Of a stretch of DNA of 64,000 nt, positions 28,802 to 37,820 are shown one piece after another. The position numbers and the translations under genes were made by a program. Position 1 is the stretch's first letter, and each line of letters begins with the position of its first letter. The DNA lies in the NCBI GenBank assembly GCA_002701365.1, contig NZUK01000009.1:121646-185645 (forward strand), written 5' to 3'. The notes below the pieces were generated by a model that saw nothing but the letters and a program-made list of their open reading frames with translations, did not search any database and had not been told where the DNA came from. The DNA is from Flavobacteriales bacterium. Its GTDB lineage: Bacteria; Bacteroidota; Bacteroidia; Flavobacteriales; TMED113.

Positions 28802-31729
28802 CTAATTAAGAGAATTATATATTATTTTCTGTATCTCTGTCCTTATATTTCTGTCAAGCAATTTTGTATTATTACCATTTGGAAAAACTCTACCATTTGA
28901 CAAAAATATGTAAACTATTTCTTCTTCTGGATCTGCCCATGATAAAGTTCCTGTAAAACCAGAGTGACCAAAACTTAAAGCTGAAACAGCATCACAAGTT
29001 GGTCCTAGTTCATCCGGATCAATACTTGGCTTATCAAATATAATACCTCTTCTATTACCAATAGACTGAAATGGAGCTTGAGTAAATTCTTGAATTCGTT
29101 TTTTTGAAATAATCCGTTCATCTAAATGATAACCATCATTCAAGTAAAGTTGCATTAATTTCATTAGATCAATTGCATTAGAAAATAATCCAGCATGTAA
29201 CGCAACTCCTCCAAAAAGAGACGCCCCTTGATCGTGAACATATCCATGAATCAACTGATTTCGAAAATATTTATCATTTTCAGTCGGAACAATTGAAGAT
29301 AAAGGATATTTGAATAATGGGTTGTATGTAATTCTAAAAGCTTCAATTGGCTTATAAAATTTATTATAAACATAATTCTCTACATCAGATAATAATAATT
29401 TTTCTACAATAGGATGTATTAAATAAAAACCTAAGTCACTATACTTATATTCTTTCTTTTCTAAAAGAGGTGTTTCGTAGATTATTTTGTATATCGTGTC
29501 TAAATAATTAGATGAAAAAAATAAGTCATTAGACACTTTGATGTTATATTTTGAAGTTGCATAATATGAAAAAATAGACATATCCAAAGAATCTTGATCT
29601 GTAAAAGATTGCCAAAATGGTATCCAGGGAAAAAGCTGTGCTTGATGAGTAAATATGTCAATAATTTTTAAATTTTTCTTATCATCATATAACAAAGGAA
29701 TATCTGAATAACGATCTAACCTTTTATGTAATTTAATTAATTTTCTATCTACCATTTCCATGATAATAGGTGCTGCTGAAGCAATTTTAGTGATAGAAGC
29801 AATATCGTAAAGATGACTATCATCAACAAGTCTAACTGAATCATAAGTGTGATAACCAAATGCTTTATTATAAAATACTTTCCCATACCTAGAAGCAACT
29901 ATTTGACAACCTGGCATTACTTTATCTTTGATACTTGCATTGACGAGAGAGTCAATCTGTAATAAACTTTCTTGATGAACACCCACTTCTACTGGTAAAA
30001 CAAATTCAAATTCTTTATTAGCTTTTAAATCTAAACCCGAACCAGAATCAAACTTTTCAGTTGAAACCGGCAATCTTCCATTTGCACTAATGGAACCAAA
30101 ATTGAGTTGAGCTGTTAAATCTTGCGCAAGACTAGCATTTTGATAAGATAAGACCAATCCATCAACATCATCAGGTATGAAATTTAAAAGTTGAGGATGA
30201 CCAAAAATATTTACTAAAACTTTGTTTTGAGAGCACAATCTAGACAATAATAATTTTTCTTTTTCTAAAAAGACATGTTTATCCCAAAAGTTCTGATTTG
30301 AATAATGCAAACCAACAATAACTATGTCATATTTTTTTAACTCATCTAACAAAGAATCTATATCACTGAAACCATTAGATGCAACATATTTTTTGACGTT
30401 AACATAATTATTCAACCTATTATAAAAAACATCGCCATTAACATTACCTAATGAAACATAAGCTAAATTAGCAGTATCTAAACCTGTTAAAGGAAGAATG
30501 TTGTTAGAGTTTTTTAAAACAGTTAAAGCATTTTTGAATAATTTTTTATTTAATAATTGTGAGTACTCATTAATAAGATCTTGGGGATTATCACCACTTA
30601 ATTTATCAAATACACCCGACCACTTTTTAATCATTAAATTCTTTTTGCAACTTACATTTAATTGATTCAATAAAGTTGAGTCACTTTTAACTTTGGCTTT
30701 AATTAATTTAATTGATTCTGAGATATTGTCTGGACACAATAAAACATCATTGCCAGCTAAAAATGCATTTAATTCAACTTCACCAGGAATACTATACATT
30801 GAAAGTGCTCCCATATTTAATGCATCACTAATAACTAATCCATTAAATTTCATTTCTTTTTTTAAAATTTGCTGTATAATTTGCTTAGAAAATGTAGCTG
30901 GAATCTGTAAAGTATCTATAAAAGGGAGATTGATGTGAGCGATCATAATCGAAGCTAAACCCTGTTGAATTAATCTTTTAAATGGGACAAGTTCTATATT
31001 ATCTAATCTTGATCTATTATGATAAATAACAGGCAAACTAATATGTGAATCTATATTTGTATCTCCGTGACCGGGAAAATGCTTTCCACAAGCAACAATA
31101 TTATTGTCTTGCAATCCTCGCATATAAGCATGGCCCTTAGAATATACATTTATAGGATCTGATCCAAATGATCGTCGATCAATAATGGGGTTATTTGGAT
31201 TATTATTAACATCTAGAACAGGAGCAAAATTAACATGTAGGCCCAGTGTTCTCAGCTGCCTAGCTACTTCTACACCAAAGTCATAGATTAAATTAGTATC
31301 TTGAACAGCACCCATTGTCATCATCCAAGGAAAAGATTGTACACTATCTAACCGCATTCCAAGCCCCCACTCAGCGTCAATGGATGCAAGTAAAGGTATC
31401 TCAGAACGAGAATTATATCTGTTTAATAATTGTTTTAATTGATTTGGCTGTGATCTCAAAAACAACACTCCCCCGATCTTATAATTTATAATAAGACTAT
31501 CAATTTTTTTATAATATAATTCATCTAAATTTTTACCTGAACCTGTAACCATAAATAATTGGCCAATTTTTTCGTTGAGTGTCATAGTGCTTAACAGACT
31601 ATCAGCCCACATGTGAATTTCTTGAGAATTATATGGAAGATCAACTATTATTTCTTGATTATTTTTTTCAGAGAAAGAAATACTAATAAGAATAAACGAG
31701 AATAAAAAAAAAGTTAAAATATACTTCAA
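28802..31729 (-). CDS. glycoside hydrolase family 3 (NagZ-like beta-N-acetylhexosaminidase) fused to serine beta-lactamase/PBP-like hydrolase
   Basis: GH3 motifs (IDAEWG, KHFPGHGDT) in the N-terminal half. An SxxK motif (IASITKIA) and beta-lactamase-like C-terminal half (HSGFTGT). Confidence 0.85.
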   Translation of the reverse strand: MKYILTFFLFSFILISISFSEKNNQEIIVDLPYNSQEIHMWADSLLSTMTLNEKIGQLFMVTGSGKNLDELYYKKIDSLIINYKIGGVLFLRSQPNQLKQLLNRYNSRSEIPLLASIDAEWGLGMRLDSVQSFPWMMTMGAVQDTNLIYDFGVEVARQLRTLGLHVNFAPVLDVNNNPNNPIIDRRSFGSDPINVYSKGHAYMRGLQDNNIVACGKHFPGHGDTNIDSHISLPVIYHNRSRLDNIELVPFKRLIQQGLASIMIAHINLPFIDTLQIPATFSKQIIQQILKKEMKFNGLVISDALNMGALSMYSIPGEVELNAFLAGNDVLLCPDNISESIKLIKAKVKSDSTLLNQLNVSCKKNLMIKKWSGVFDKLSGDNPQDLINEYSQLLNKKLFKNALTVLKNSNNILPLTGLDTANLAYVSLGNVNGDVFYNRLNNYVNVKKYVASNGFSDIDSLLDELKKYDIVIVGLHYSNQNFWDKHVFLEKEKLLLSRLCSQNKVLVNIFGHPQLLNFIPDDVDGLVLSYQNASLAQDLTAQLNFGSISANGRLPVSTEKFDSGSGLDLKANKEFEFVLPVEVGVHQESLLQIDSLVNASIKDKVMPGCQIVASRYGKVFYNKAFGYHTYDSVRLVDDSHLYDIASITKIASAAPIIMEMVDRKLIKLHKRLDRYSDIPLLYDDKKNLKIIDIFTHQAQLFPWIPFWQSFTDQDSLDMSIFSYYATSKYNIKVSNDLFFSSNYLDTIYKIIYETPLLEKKEYKYSDLGFYLIHPIVEKLLLSDVENYVYNKFYKPIEAFRITYNPLFKYPLSSIVPTENDKYFRNQLIHGYVHDQGASLFGGVALHAGLFSNAIDLMKLMQLYLNDGYHLDERIISKKRIQEFTQAPFQSIGNRRGIIFDKPSIDPDELGPTCDAVSALSFGHSGFTGTLSWADPEEEIVYIFLSNGRVFPNGNNTKLLDRNIRTEIQKIIYNSLN

Positions 31730-31846
31730 AATTAAATATCAAATTTAATAAACAATAATACATTAAATTATCGATAAAATAAGTATTGTCAAAGAAAGAA
31801 AACAGAAATACTAACTAGAAGAAAAATAAATATAATTGGCATGAAA

Positions 31847-32269
31847 TTATCTGAATTTTTGTGCAAATTTCTTTGGCAATCTATTTATTTTCCTTGTGAT
31901 AGGATCACAACACACCATGCCAGTTTTAATTCTAGCAATTTCTAAATTATGTGAAACATTGGAAATTAAATAAAATAATTCAAACCCATGAGAATAAATC
32001 TCTGAAACAGATATCTTAATTTCTAATAAATCACCATAAAACGCTTCTTTTTTATAAACAATAGCACTATCTGCCATTAATAACAAAAGTCCATAAAAGT
32101 TTTTTTCTTCTGCATTAATTGATGCTAAAAATCTAACACGTGCTTCATGCACGATACTTAAGACAGAGTCATTACCCATATGGGATCCATAGTTCATGTC
32201 ATAAATTCTAAGTTTCATTTGTGTCAAGTAATCAAAATGATCAGGTATAGATAATTTAATTCTACTCAT
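31847..32269 (-). CDS. hotdog-fold acyl-CoA thioesterase (4HBT/YbgC-like)
   Basis: 140 aa. The pattern YDMNYGSHMGNDSVLSIVHEARVRFL is typical of the 4HBT family. Confidence 0.6.
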   Translation of the reverse strand: MSRIKLSIPDHFDYLTQMKLRIYDMNYGSHMGNDSVLSIVHEARVRFLASINAEEKNFYGLLLLMADSAIVYKKEAFYGDLLEIKISVSEIYSHGFELFYLISNVSHNLEIARIKTGMVCCDPITRKINRLPKKFAQKFR

Positions 32270-32313
32270 AATAAAATACTATAAAATTAGTTTAATTTAA
32301 TTAAATTAGATTG

Positions 32314-32883
32314 ATGAAAAAAATATACTTATTAGTCTTATCTGTTTTAATTTTTCAATTAACAAATGGACAGAACCCAGTTAGCAAATTAAATAATGGA
32401 GGTGCATTATTAGTGCGTCTACAAACTAACCAACATCTGATTCAATATCATTTAGATAAATTAGAACTAGATCAAGCAAAATTGATTGAAAAAAATCAAA
32501 AAATTAAAAATCAAAAAATTATTGAAAATTTTCAAGAAAATTGGTCTCTCTGTCCTATTTATTTTTTTTATAGCAATGATATCAATGAAATTCAAAATAA
32601 TAATTTTAAAAAAGTATTTAAAAACAAACCCTCTATAATATTGAATGATGTAGAAAAATCTCAATTAAAAGATAATTTTCTTTTTGCATACTTTGGCGAT
32701 TACCCAGGTTACTTAAACTTTGATGCATTAGTTTTAATAAATCAAAACCTGGAACCATTAAAAAAACCAATACCAAGATATGTGCGAACATATAAAGGTT
32801 TATGGATTTTTGAAAGAAAAATAAATAAAACAATTAGAAGACTTCAAAAAAAAATAGAGTTTTATGCCTCAAGGATAAAGTGA
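32314..32883 (+). CDS. hypothetical secreted protein
   Basis: Signal peptide MKKIYLLVLSVLIFQLTNGQ. No recognised domain. The 3' end overlaps the convergent exonuclease gene by 15 nt. Confidence 0.5.
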   Translation: MKKIYLLVLSVLIFQLTNGQNPVSKLNNGGALLVRLQTNQHLIQYHLDKLELDQAKLIEKNQKIKNQKIIENFQENWSLCPIYFFYSNDINEIQNNNFKKVFKNKPSIILNDVEKSQLKDNFLFAYFGDYPGYLNFDALVLINQNLEPLKKPIPRYVRTYKGLWIFERKINKTIRRLQKKIEFYASRIK

Positions 32884-33447
32884 CTTAGTTTTAAATGAAT
32901 TTAAAATCTTTGGACATATCCACGCATCTATAGCCGCATATTCAATCTGTGCATCAGATAATTTATTTACTGACCAATCAGACAATCGTTGTTTTTTGCT
33001 AATCCTATAACCTAACAACATAATACATAACTTTACAGCACCAATACTTTTATAGCCTTTGTTAATTGCAAGTGCATTCAAGTCAATAAAGTTACGTTCT
33101 TCGAATTTTTGAATTTTTTTCAAACCTACTAAATCATTCTTAAGATCGATGCCGACTTTCACAATGTCTGGGTTTTCTAAAATATCAATAATCGCATTAT
33201 GGAAGCCAATTTTATCAATTCTAAAAAGAAAAACTTGGTCATTAGCTGACAATTGGAGTAATGAAATATTGTAACTAACGCCCTTCTGAAAAGCTGGCTT
33301 TGTTTCAGTATCAAATCCAATAACAGAACAATTTAAAATTTGCTTACAGCAAGAAGATACTTTTTGCACATCATCGACAACAATAGCGTTTCCACAAAAT
33401 TTTAAAAGAGGGTAATTTGGCACATCATCTTTAGCTACATATTTCAT
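32869..33447 (-). CDS. 3'-5' exonuclease domain protein (DEDDy, RNase D/WRN-like)
   Basis: ExoI (IGFDTETKP), ExoII (KVGIDLKNDL) and ExoIII (YAAIDAW) motifs. Confidence 0.8.
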   Translation of the reverse strand: MKYVAKDDVPNYPLLKFCGNAIVVDDVQKVSSCCKQILNCSVIGFDTETKPAFQKGVSYNISLLQLSANDQVFLFRIDKIGFHNAIIDILENPDIVKVGIDLKNDLVGLKKIQKFEERNFIDLNALAINKGYKSIGAVKLCIMLLGYRISKKQRLSDWSVNKLSDAQIEYAAIDAWICPKILNSFKTKSLYP

Positions 33448-33462
33448 AAGAATGTAAAAATA

Positions 33463-34218
33463 TTAAATATTATCAACATTAGTAAAAAAACCTTTATTAG
33501 AATTATTTACACACCATGAAGGAATAATATCCATGATATTTGTCTGCAGACAATACTCAATGTCTTTTTGTAGATTCATTCTACTCATATATGACGATGA
33601 TTGTAAAAAACTTAATAGATTTGGATAAGCGGAATCATACATATTGATGGCTAATAAAATAGAATCTGAATGGTTACTAAATGAATTTTTAGATATTATT
33701 TTTTTTGACAATAGTCCTGCTAACAATAAATCTTCTATGCAAAATCGGCCTTTCCAACCAGAACATACAATTAAAATATTATCCTCAATATTATTCAAGT
33801 AATTGACAATAGAATTACAATTTAAAAAAGAGGCTAATACCATGCCTTTTTCAGCATTTTTTGACTTTTCAATAGATGCAGTCCCATTAGTTGTAGTAAT
33901 AACTAATGATTTATTTTTAAAATTTTGATTGTGATATGACAATGGTGAATTTCCTAGATCAAAACCCGGAACAATAGACCCATTTCTTTCAGCTGCAACT
34001 AGAACTTTTTCTCCATATTCATTAAATGTATTTTGGTATTCCTTAGCCTCACCAGTAGTTGCTACTGGAATCACCTTACTGCCTTCATTATTTAAAAAAA
34101 CACACATTGCAGAAGTGGCTCGAAAAACATCAATAATTACCACCTTAGTATTAGACATATTAAACAGTGGAATCATTAAAGGTGTTAAGCAAATATCTAA
34201 TGTCCTTTTATGTTTCAT
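33463..34218 (-). CDS. comB: 2-phosphosulfolactate phosphatase
   Basis: IIDVFRATS and VITTTNGT motifs, with a length typical of ComB. Start set at ATG 34218, 7 nt after the gcvT stop, rather than 34245. Confidence 0.7.
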   Translation of the reverse strand: MKHKRTLDICLTPLMIPLFNMSNTKVVIIDVFRATSAMCVFLNNEGSKVIPVATTGEAKEYQNTFNEYGEKVLVAAERNGSIVPGFDLGNSPLSYHNQNFKNKSLVITTTNGTASIEKSKNAEKGMVLASFLNCNSIVNYLNNIEDNILIVCSGWKGRFCIEDLLLAGLLSKKIISKNSFSNHSDSILLAINMYDSAYPNLLSFLQSSSYMSRMNLQKDIEYCLQTNIMDIIPSWCVNNSNKGFFTNVDNI

Positions 34219-35293
34219 AAAGTGGCATTTTAACAATTTGAGCATTAAGTTTTTTGTTCCTCACCGCAATAAAAATATTATGACCATATTGGGCATATTC
34301 TCTTTTAATATAACCCATCCCAAATCCTTTTTTAAGATAAGGTGACATAGTTCCTGAAGTTACTTCTCCGATTAAATTATCTTTATCATCTAGTATTTTA
34401 TATCCTTGTCTAGGGACACCTTTATCAATTAATTCAAAACCTATTAAATTATCTCTAACACCAGTTTGTAATTGCCGACTAATTACTTCTTTACCAATAA
34501 AATCTTTATTTGTTTTTACAATCCAGGATAATCCCGCTTCTATAGGAGATCTAGATTCATTAATATCGTTTCCATATAAGCAATAGCCCATTTCTAATCT
34601 TAGAGTATCTCTAGCAGCTAAACCAACAGGCTCAATAATTTGATCTGACAACAAACTCTTCCATATTGTTGCTGCATATTTTTTATCAAGATATAATTCA
34701 AACCCCCCCGAACCAGTATAACCAGTGTTTGATACAATAATATCGGGACACGATGCAATACTACCTAACTTAAATGAATAATAAGGTATTTCATCTAAAT
34801 TTAATACTGATAATTTCTGTAAAACATCTTTTGCTTTAGGCCCCTGAATAGCTAATAATCCTCTACTAGAAGTAATATTAGAAACTTCAACATCTAGATT
34901 ATTGTGACTACAAATCCAATCAAAATCTTTTTGCGTATTTGCAGCATTAACAACAAGCATAAAAGATTCTTGATTTAATCTGTAAACTAATAAATCATCA
35001 ATAATACCGCCCTTTGCATTTAACATACAAGAGTATTGTACTTTTCCATCAGTTAGCCTATCAATATCATTAGTAGTTATTTTTTGGACCAATTCATTAG
35101 CATACTTTCCATTAATCATTATTTGAGCCATATGAGACACATCAAAAACTCCAGCTTGATGCCTAACGTGATTATGCTCGAAACTCACCCCTTTATCATA
35201 TTGTATTGGCATTTTGTAACCAGCAAAAGAAACTAGTTTCGCTTTATGTTCTTGATGAAATGAATAAAAAGGAGTTTGTTTGTCCAAAATCAA
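34208..35293 (-). CDS. gcvT: glycine cleavage system aminomethyltransferase (T protein)
   Basis: TPFYSFH, FAGYKMP, VFDVSHM and YTGSGGFE motifs. Confidence 0.95.
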   Translation of the reverse strand: MILDKQTPFYSFHQEHKAKLVSFAGYKMPIQYDKGVSFEHNHVRHQAGVFDVSHMAQIMINGKYANELVQKITTNDIDRLTDGKVQYSCMLNAKGGIIDDLLVYRLNQESFMLVVNAANTQKDFDWICSHNNLDVEVSNITSSRGLLAIQGPKAKDVLQKLSVLNLDEIPYYSFKLGSIASCPDIIVSNTGYTGSGGFELYLDKKYAATIWKSLLSDQIIEPVGLAARDTLRLEMGYCLYGNDINESRSPIEAGLSWIVKTNKDFIGKEVISRQLQTGVRDNLIGFELIDKGVPRQGYKILDDKDNLIGEVTSGTMSPYLKKGFGMGYIKREYAQYGHNIFIAVRNKKLNAQIVKMPLYET

Positions 35294-35322
35294 AATTGAC
35301 TAATGAGTTAAACTAATGGTTG

Positions 35323-35330
35323 CAAATATA
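35323..35330 (-). promoter_or_regulatory. TAnnTTTG -7 box (TATATTTG on minus strand) upstream of gcvT
   Basis: Exact motif, 30 nt upstream of the gcvT ATG (35293). Confidence 0.35.
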
Positions 35331-35377
35331 ACTAAGAAAATTGTTTATATATTTATTTTAGAGAATAAATAAATATT

Positions 35378-35385
35378 TAAATTTG
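35378..35385 (+). promoter_or_regulatory. TAnnTTTG -7 box (TAAATTTG) upstream of trxB
   Basis: Exact motif, 55 nt upstream of the trxB ATG (35440). Confidence 0.3.
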
Positions 35386-35439
35386 TTGCAAATAAAAAAT
35401 ATAAATCAATTGTATTAATACTAAAGAAATAAAATTATA

Positions 35440-36375
35440 ATGAAAACTATTGAATGCTTAATTATTGGATCCGGACCAGCTGGATATACTGCAGCGATTT
35501 ACGCTTCTAGAGCAGATTTAAAACCAGTCCTAATTCAAGGACTACAACCTGGAGGACAATTAACCACCACTAATGATGTTGAGAATTACCCCGGATACCC
35601 TAGTGGAGTAACAGGCCCTATAATGATGGAAGATTTTCAAAAACAAGCAGAAAGATTTGGAACAGAAATGATCTTTGGAACTGTAACAAAAGTTGAGCTC
35701 AATCAGAAGCAAGGAGGTGAACACATTATCACGATTGATGATAAAGAAAAAATGAAAACTAAAACTGTAATTATTGCAACTGGAGCATCAGCAAAATATC
35801 TTGGATTAGAATCTGAAAAAAAATTCATGGGACTAGGGGTTTCTGCATGTGCAGTATGTGATGGTTTTTTCTTTAAAAATAAAGACGTTGTAGTTGTAGG
35901 TGGTGGCGATTCTGCTGCCGAAGAGGCTACATATTTAGCAAAATTATGCAATAAAGTATACCTATTAGTTCGGAAGGATAGTATGCGAGCTTCTCAAATT
36001 ATGCAAAAACGCGTTTTTGAAACAAAAAACCTAGAAGTCTTATTCAACCATGAAACAATTGAAGTTCTAGGAGATGAAAAAGTCAACGCTATTAAAGTAT
36101 TAGACATTAAAAATAATAAAGAAAAAGAAATTTCAGCGAACGGTTTTTTTCTTGCAATTGGTCACTCTCCTAATACACAAATTTTTAAAAATCAACTAGA
36201 AATGGATGAAGTAGGTTATTTAATTACAAAAGCTGATAGTTCTAAAACAAATCTTCCTGGTGTATTTGCATGCGGAGATGCGCAAGACTCAATTTATCGA
36301 CAGGCTATTACAGCCGCAGGGAGTGGCTGTATGGCAGCTCTAGACGCTGAAAGATATTTGTCAGAACTAATCTAA
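35440..36375 (+). CDS. trxB: thioredoxin-disulfide reductase
   Basis: GSGPAGYTAA, the redox-active CAVCDG and GGGDSAAEEA motifs. Confidence 0.95.
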   Translation: MKTIECLIIGSGPAGYTAAIYASRADLKPVLIQGLQPGGQLTTTNDVENYPGYPSGVTGPIMMEDFQKQAERFGTEMIFGTVTKVELNQKQGGEHIITIDDKEKMKTKTVIIATGASAKYLGLESEKKFMGLGVSACAVCDGFFFKNKDVVVVGGGDSAAEEATYLAKLCNKVYLLVRKDSMRASQIMQKRVFETKNLEVLFNHETIEVLGDEKVNAIKVLDIKNNKEKEISANGFFLAIGHSPNTQIFKNQLEMDEVGYLITKADSSKTNLPGVFACGDAQDSIYRQAITAAGSGCMAALDAERYLSELI

Positions 36376-36405
36376 AAAAAAAGGGGAGAAACCTTCTCCC
36401 CTTTT
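36374..36405. terminator. bidirectional intrinsic terminator shared by trxB (+) and rnpB (-)
   Basis: A(9)-GGGGAGAA-acc-TTCTCCCC-TTTT, with the stem at 36383-36390/36394-36401. The plus strand sees a T4 tail and the minus strand sees a T9 tail. Confidence 0.85.
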
Positions 36406-36408
36406 AAT

Positions 36409-36774
36409 TACGTATACGTCTATAAGCCGGATTCTGTATCTAAAAAAAGACCCTTATCATTTATCTAGTTATATTATCACTAATATAATCGAGCGATCTA
36501 CCCTCCAAGATCGAGCGAGAAACTCTTAGCATATACATGCACCTTGGTATATTTGATCTTTCAACCCATAAGGTTTACCCAAATTCGATATCACTATCAA
36601 ATCTTGTGAGCTCTTACCTCACATTTTCACCCTTACCTAATGGCGGTTATTTTCTGCGGCACTATCTGTATCTTTGTTTATAAAGACCCTTCCCGTTAGG
36701 AAGTATGGCTCTCTGTGTTGTCCGGACTTTCCTCTTTCTCACAAAGAGAAAGCGATAAGGCAACTATACGTATT
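36409..36774 (-). ncRNA. rnpB: RNase P RNA (bacterial type A)
   Basis: The minus strand reads GAGGAAAGUCCGGACA (CR-I/P4), GGGUGAAAAUGUGAGGUAAGAGCUCACA (P10-P12 region) and ACAGAAUCCGGCUUAU (CR-V/P4'). The termini UACGUAUA/UAUACGUA can pair as P1. About 365 nt, with no ORF in the region. End coordinates are +/- 5 nt. Confidence 0.92.
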
Positions 36775-36793
36775 TTATTCAATGATCAAAAAG

Positions 36794-36801
36794 CAAATAT
36801 A
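36794..36801 (-). promoter_or_regulatory. TAnnTTTG -7 box (TATATTTG on minus strand) upstream of rnpB
   Basis: Exact motif, about 20 nt upstream of the inferred mature 5' end of the RNase P RNA. Confidence 0.4.
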
Positions 36802-36806
36802 TTAAA

Positions 36807-37820
36807 TTAATATATTTTTCTTTTATTTAACCACCTATGAAATGCATTAGCATTTTTTTGATGTTCCCTATAATCTATAGCAAAATCATGATACTCAGAG
36901 TTATCAGGTTTTGCACACATATACATATAATTATGTTTTTCTGGGATTAATACTGCATTGATAGCTTGTAAGCTTGGCACACAAATTGGGTGAGGTGGCA
37001 GTCCCTTATGATGATAAGTATTAAATAAAGAAGTTTTTGTTGAATTAATGTGTTTGTTTCTAACGCGTCTAATTGATTTATTATGTATTTTTTTCCATAT
37101 ATATATAATAGTTGGATCTGAAGCAAGTTGCCAACCTTCTTTTAATCTATTTAAATATAAACCTGCAATTCTAGGCATTTCATCAAAATGACTAGCTTCC
37201 TTGTCAACAATCGATGCTAAAACAAAAACTTCATGTTTTGATAAATTATTATTTTTTAAAAAACCTAACCTATCATAGTTCCAAAAGTTTTTATACTCAA
37301 GTTTAATTCTTTGAAAAAAATCATCAGGATTAGCATTCCAAAAAAATTCATAAGTATTTGGAATCATATAAAAATACAAACTATCTACAGGGAAATTTAT
37401 AGAACGAAAATAATCAATTAAATCAATTGAATCTAGCTCCAATGCATTATCTGCAATGCCAAAAATTGGAAAAACTTCATCCATACTATTAAATGTAATT
37501 GTAACAGGATCCTGTGATTGTGATCTTAATTTATTAATTATATCATTAAAAGAACTTCCACTACGAAAAACATACCTGCCTGGCCTAAACCAGTATGCCA
37601 GTCTTTTCTTTTCTATAAAAAAAGGAACTACTTTCTTAACTAAAGGATTTAAATTTATTGATATAGTATCAATTTTTTCAATTAGTCCCTCAAATGACAA
37701 TCCAGTTGGTATATAAAACTCTATATCCTCCTCGACTACACTTTTATTGAAAAATTCTTGCTTCAAGAATAAAATGCAAGCAAATACAAAACAGATTAAA
37801 AAAAAAATTTTAGATTTCAT
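36807..37820 (-). CDS. mltG: endolytic murein transglycosylase MltG (YceG-like)
   Basis: N-terminal TM helix and YceG motifs (LASIVDKEA, GLPPHPICVPS). Confidence 0.9.
   Translation of the reverse strand: MKSKIFFLICFVFACILFLKQEFFNKSVVEEDIEFYIPTGLSFEGLIEKIDTISINLNPLVKKVVPFFIEKKRLAYWFRPGRYVFRSGSSFNDIINKLRSQSQDPVTITFNSMDEVFPIFGIADNALELDSIDLIDYFRSINFPVDSLYFYMIPNTYEFFWNANPDDFFQRIKLEYKNFWNYDRLGFLKNNNLSKHEVFVLASIVDKEASHFDEMPRIAGLYLNRLKEGWQLASDPTIIYIWKKIHNKSIRRVRNKHINSTKTSLFNTYHHKGLPPHPICVPSLQAINAVLIPEKHNYMYMCAKPDNSEYHDFAIDYREHQKNANAFHRWLNKRKIY

Noticed and set aside
31841-31945. 34-codon plus-strand ORF starting at ATG 31841.
   Set aside because: It lies antisense to the 3' end of the thioesterase gene and has no supporting signal.
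35294-35439. Possible glycine riboswitch upstream of gcvT.
   Set aside because: The spacer lacks the conserved GGAGAG...CACCG/GGGGCAA-type aptamer cores and is almost entirely A/T. Only a promoter box is discernible.
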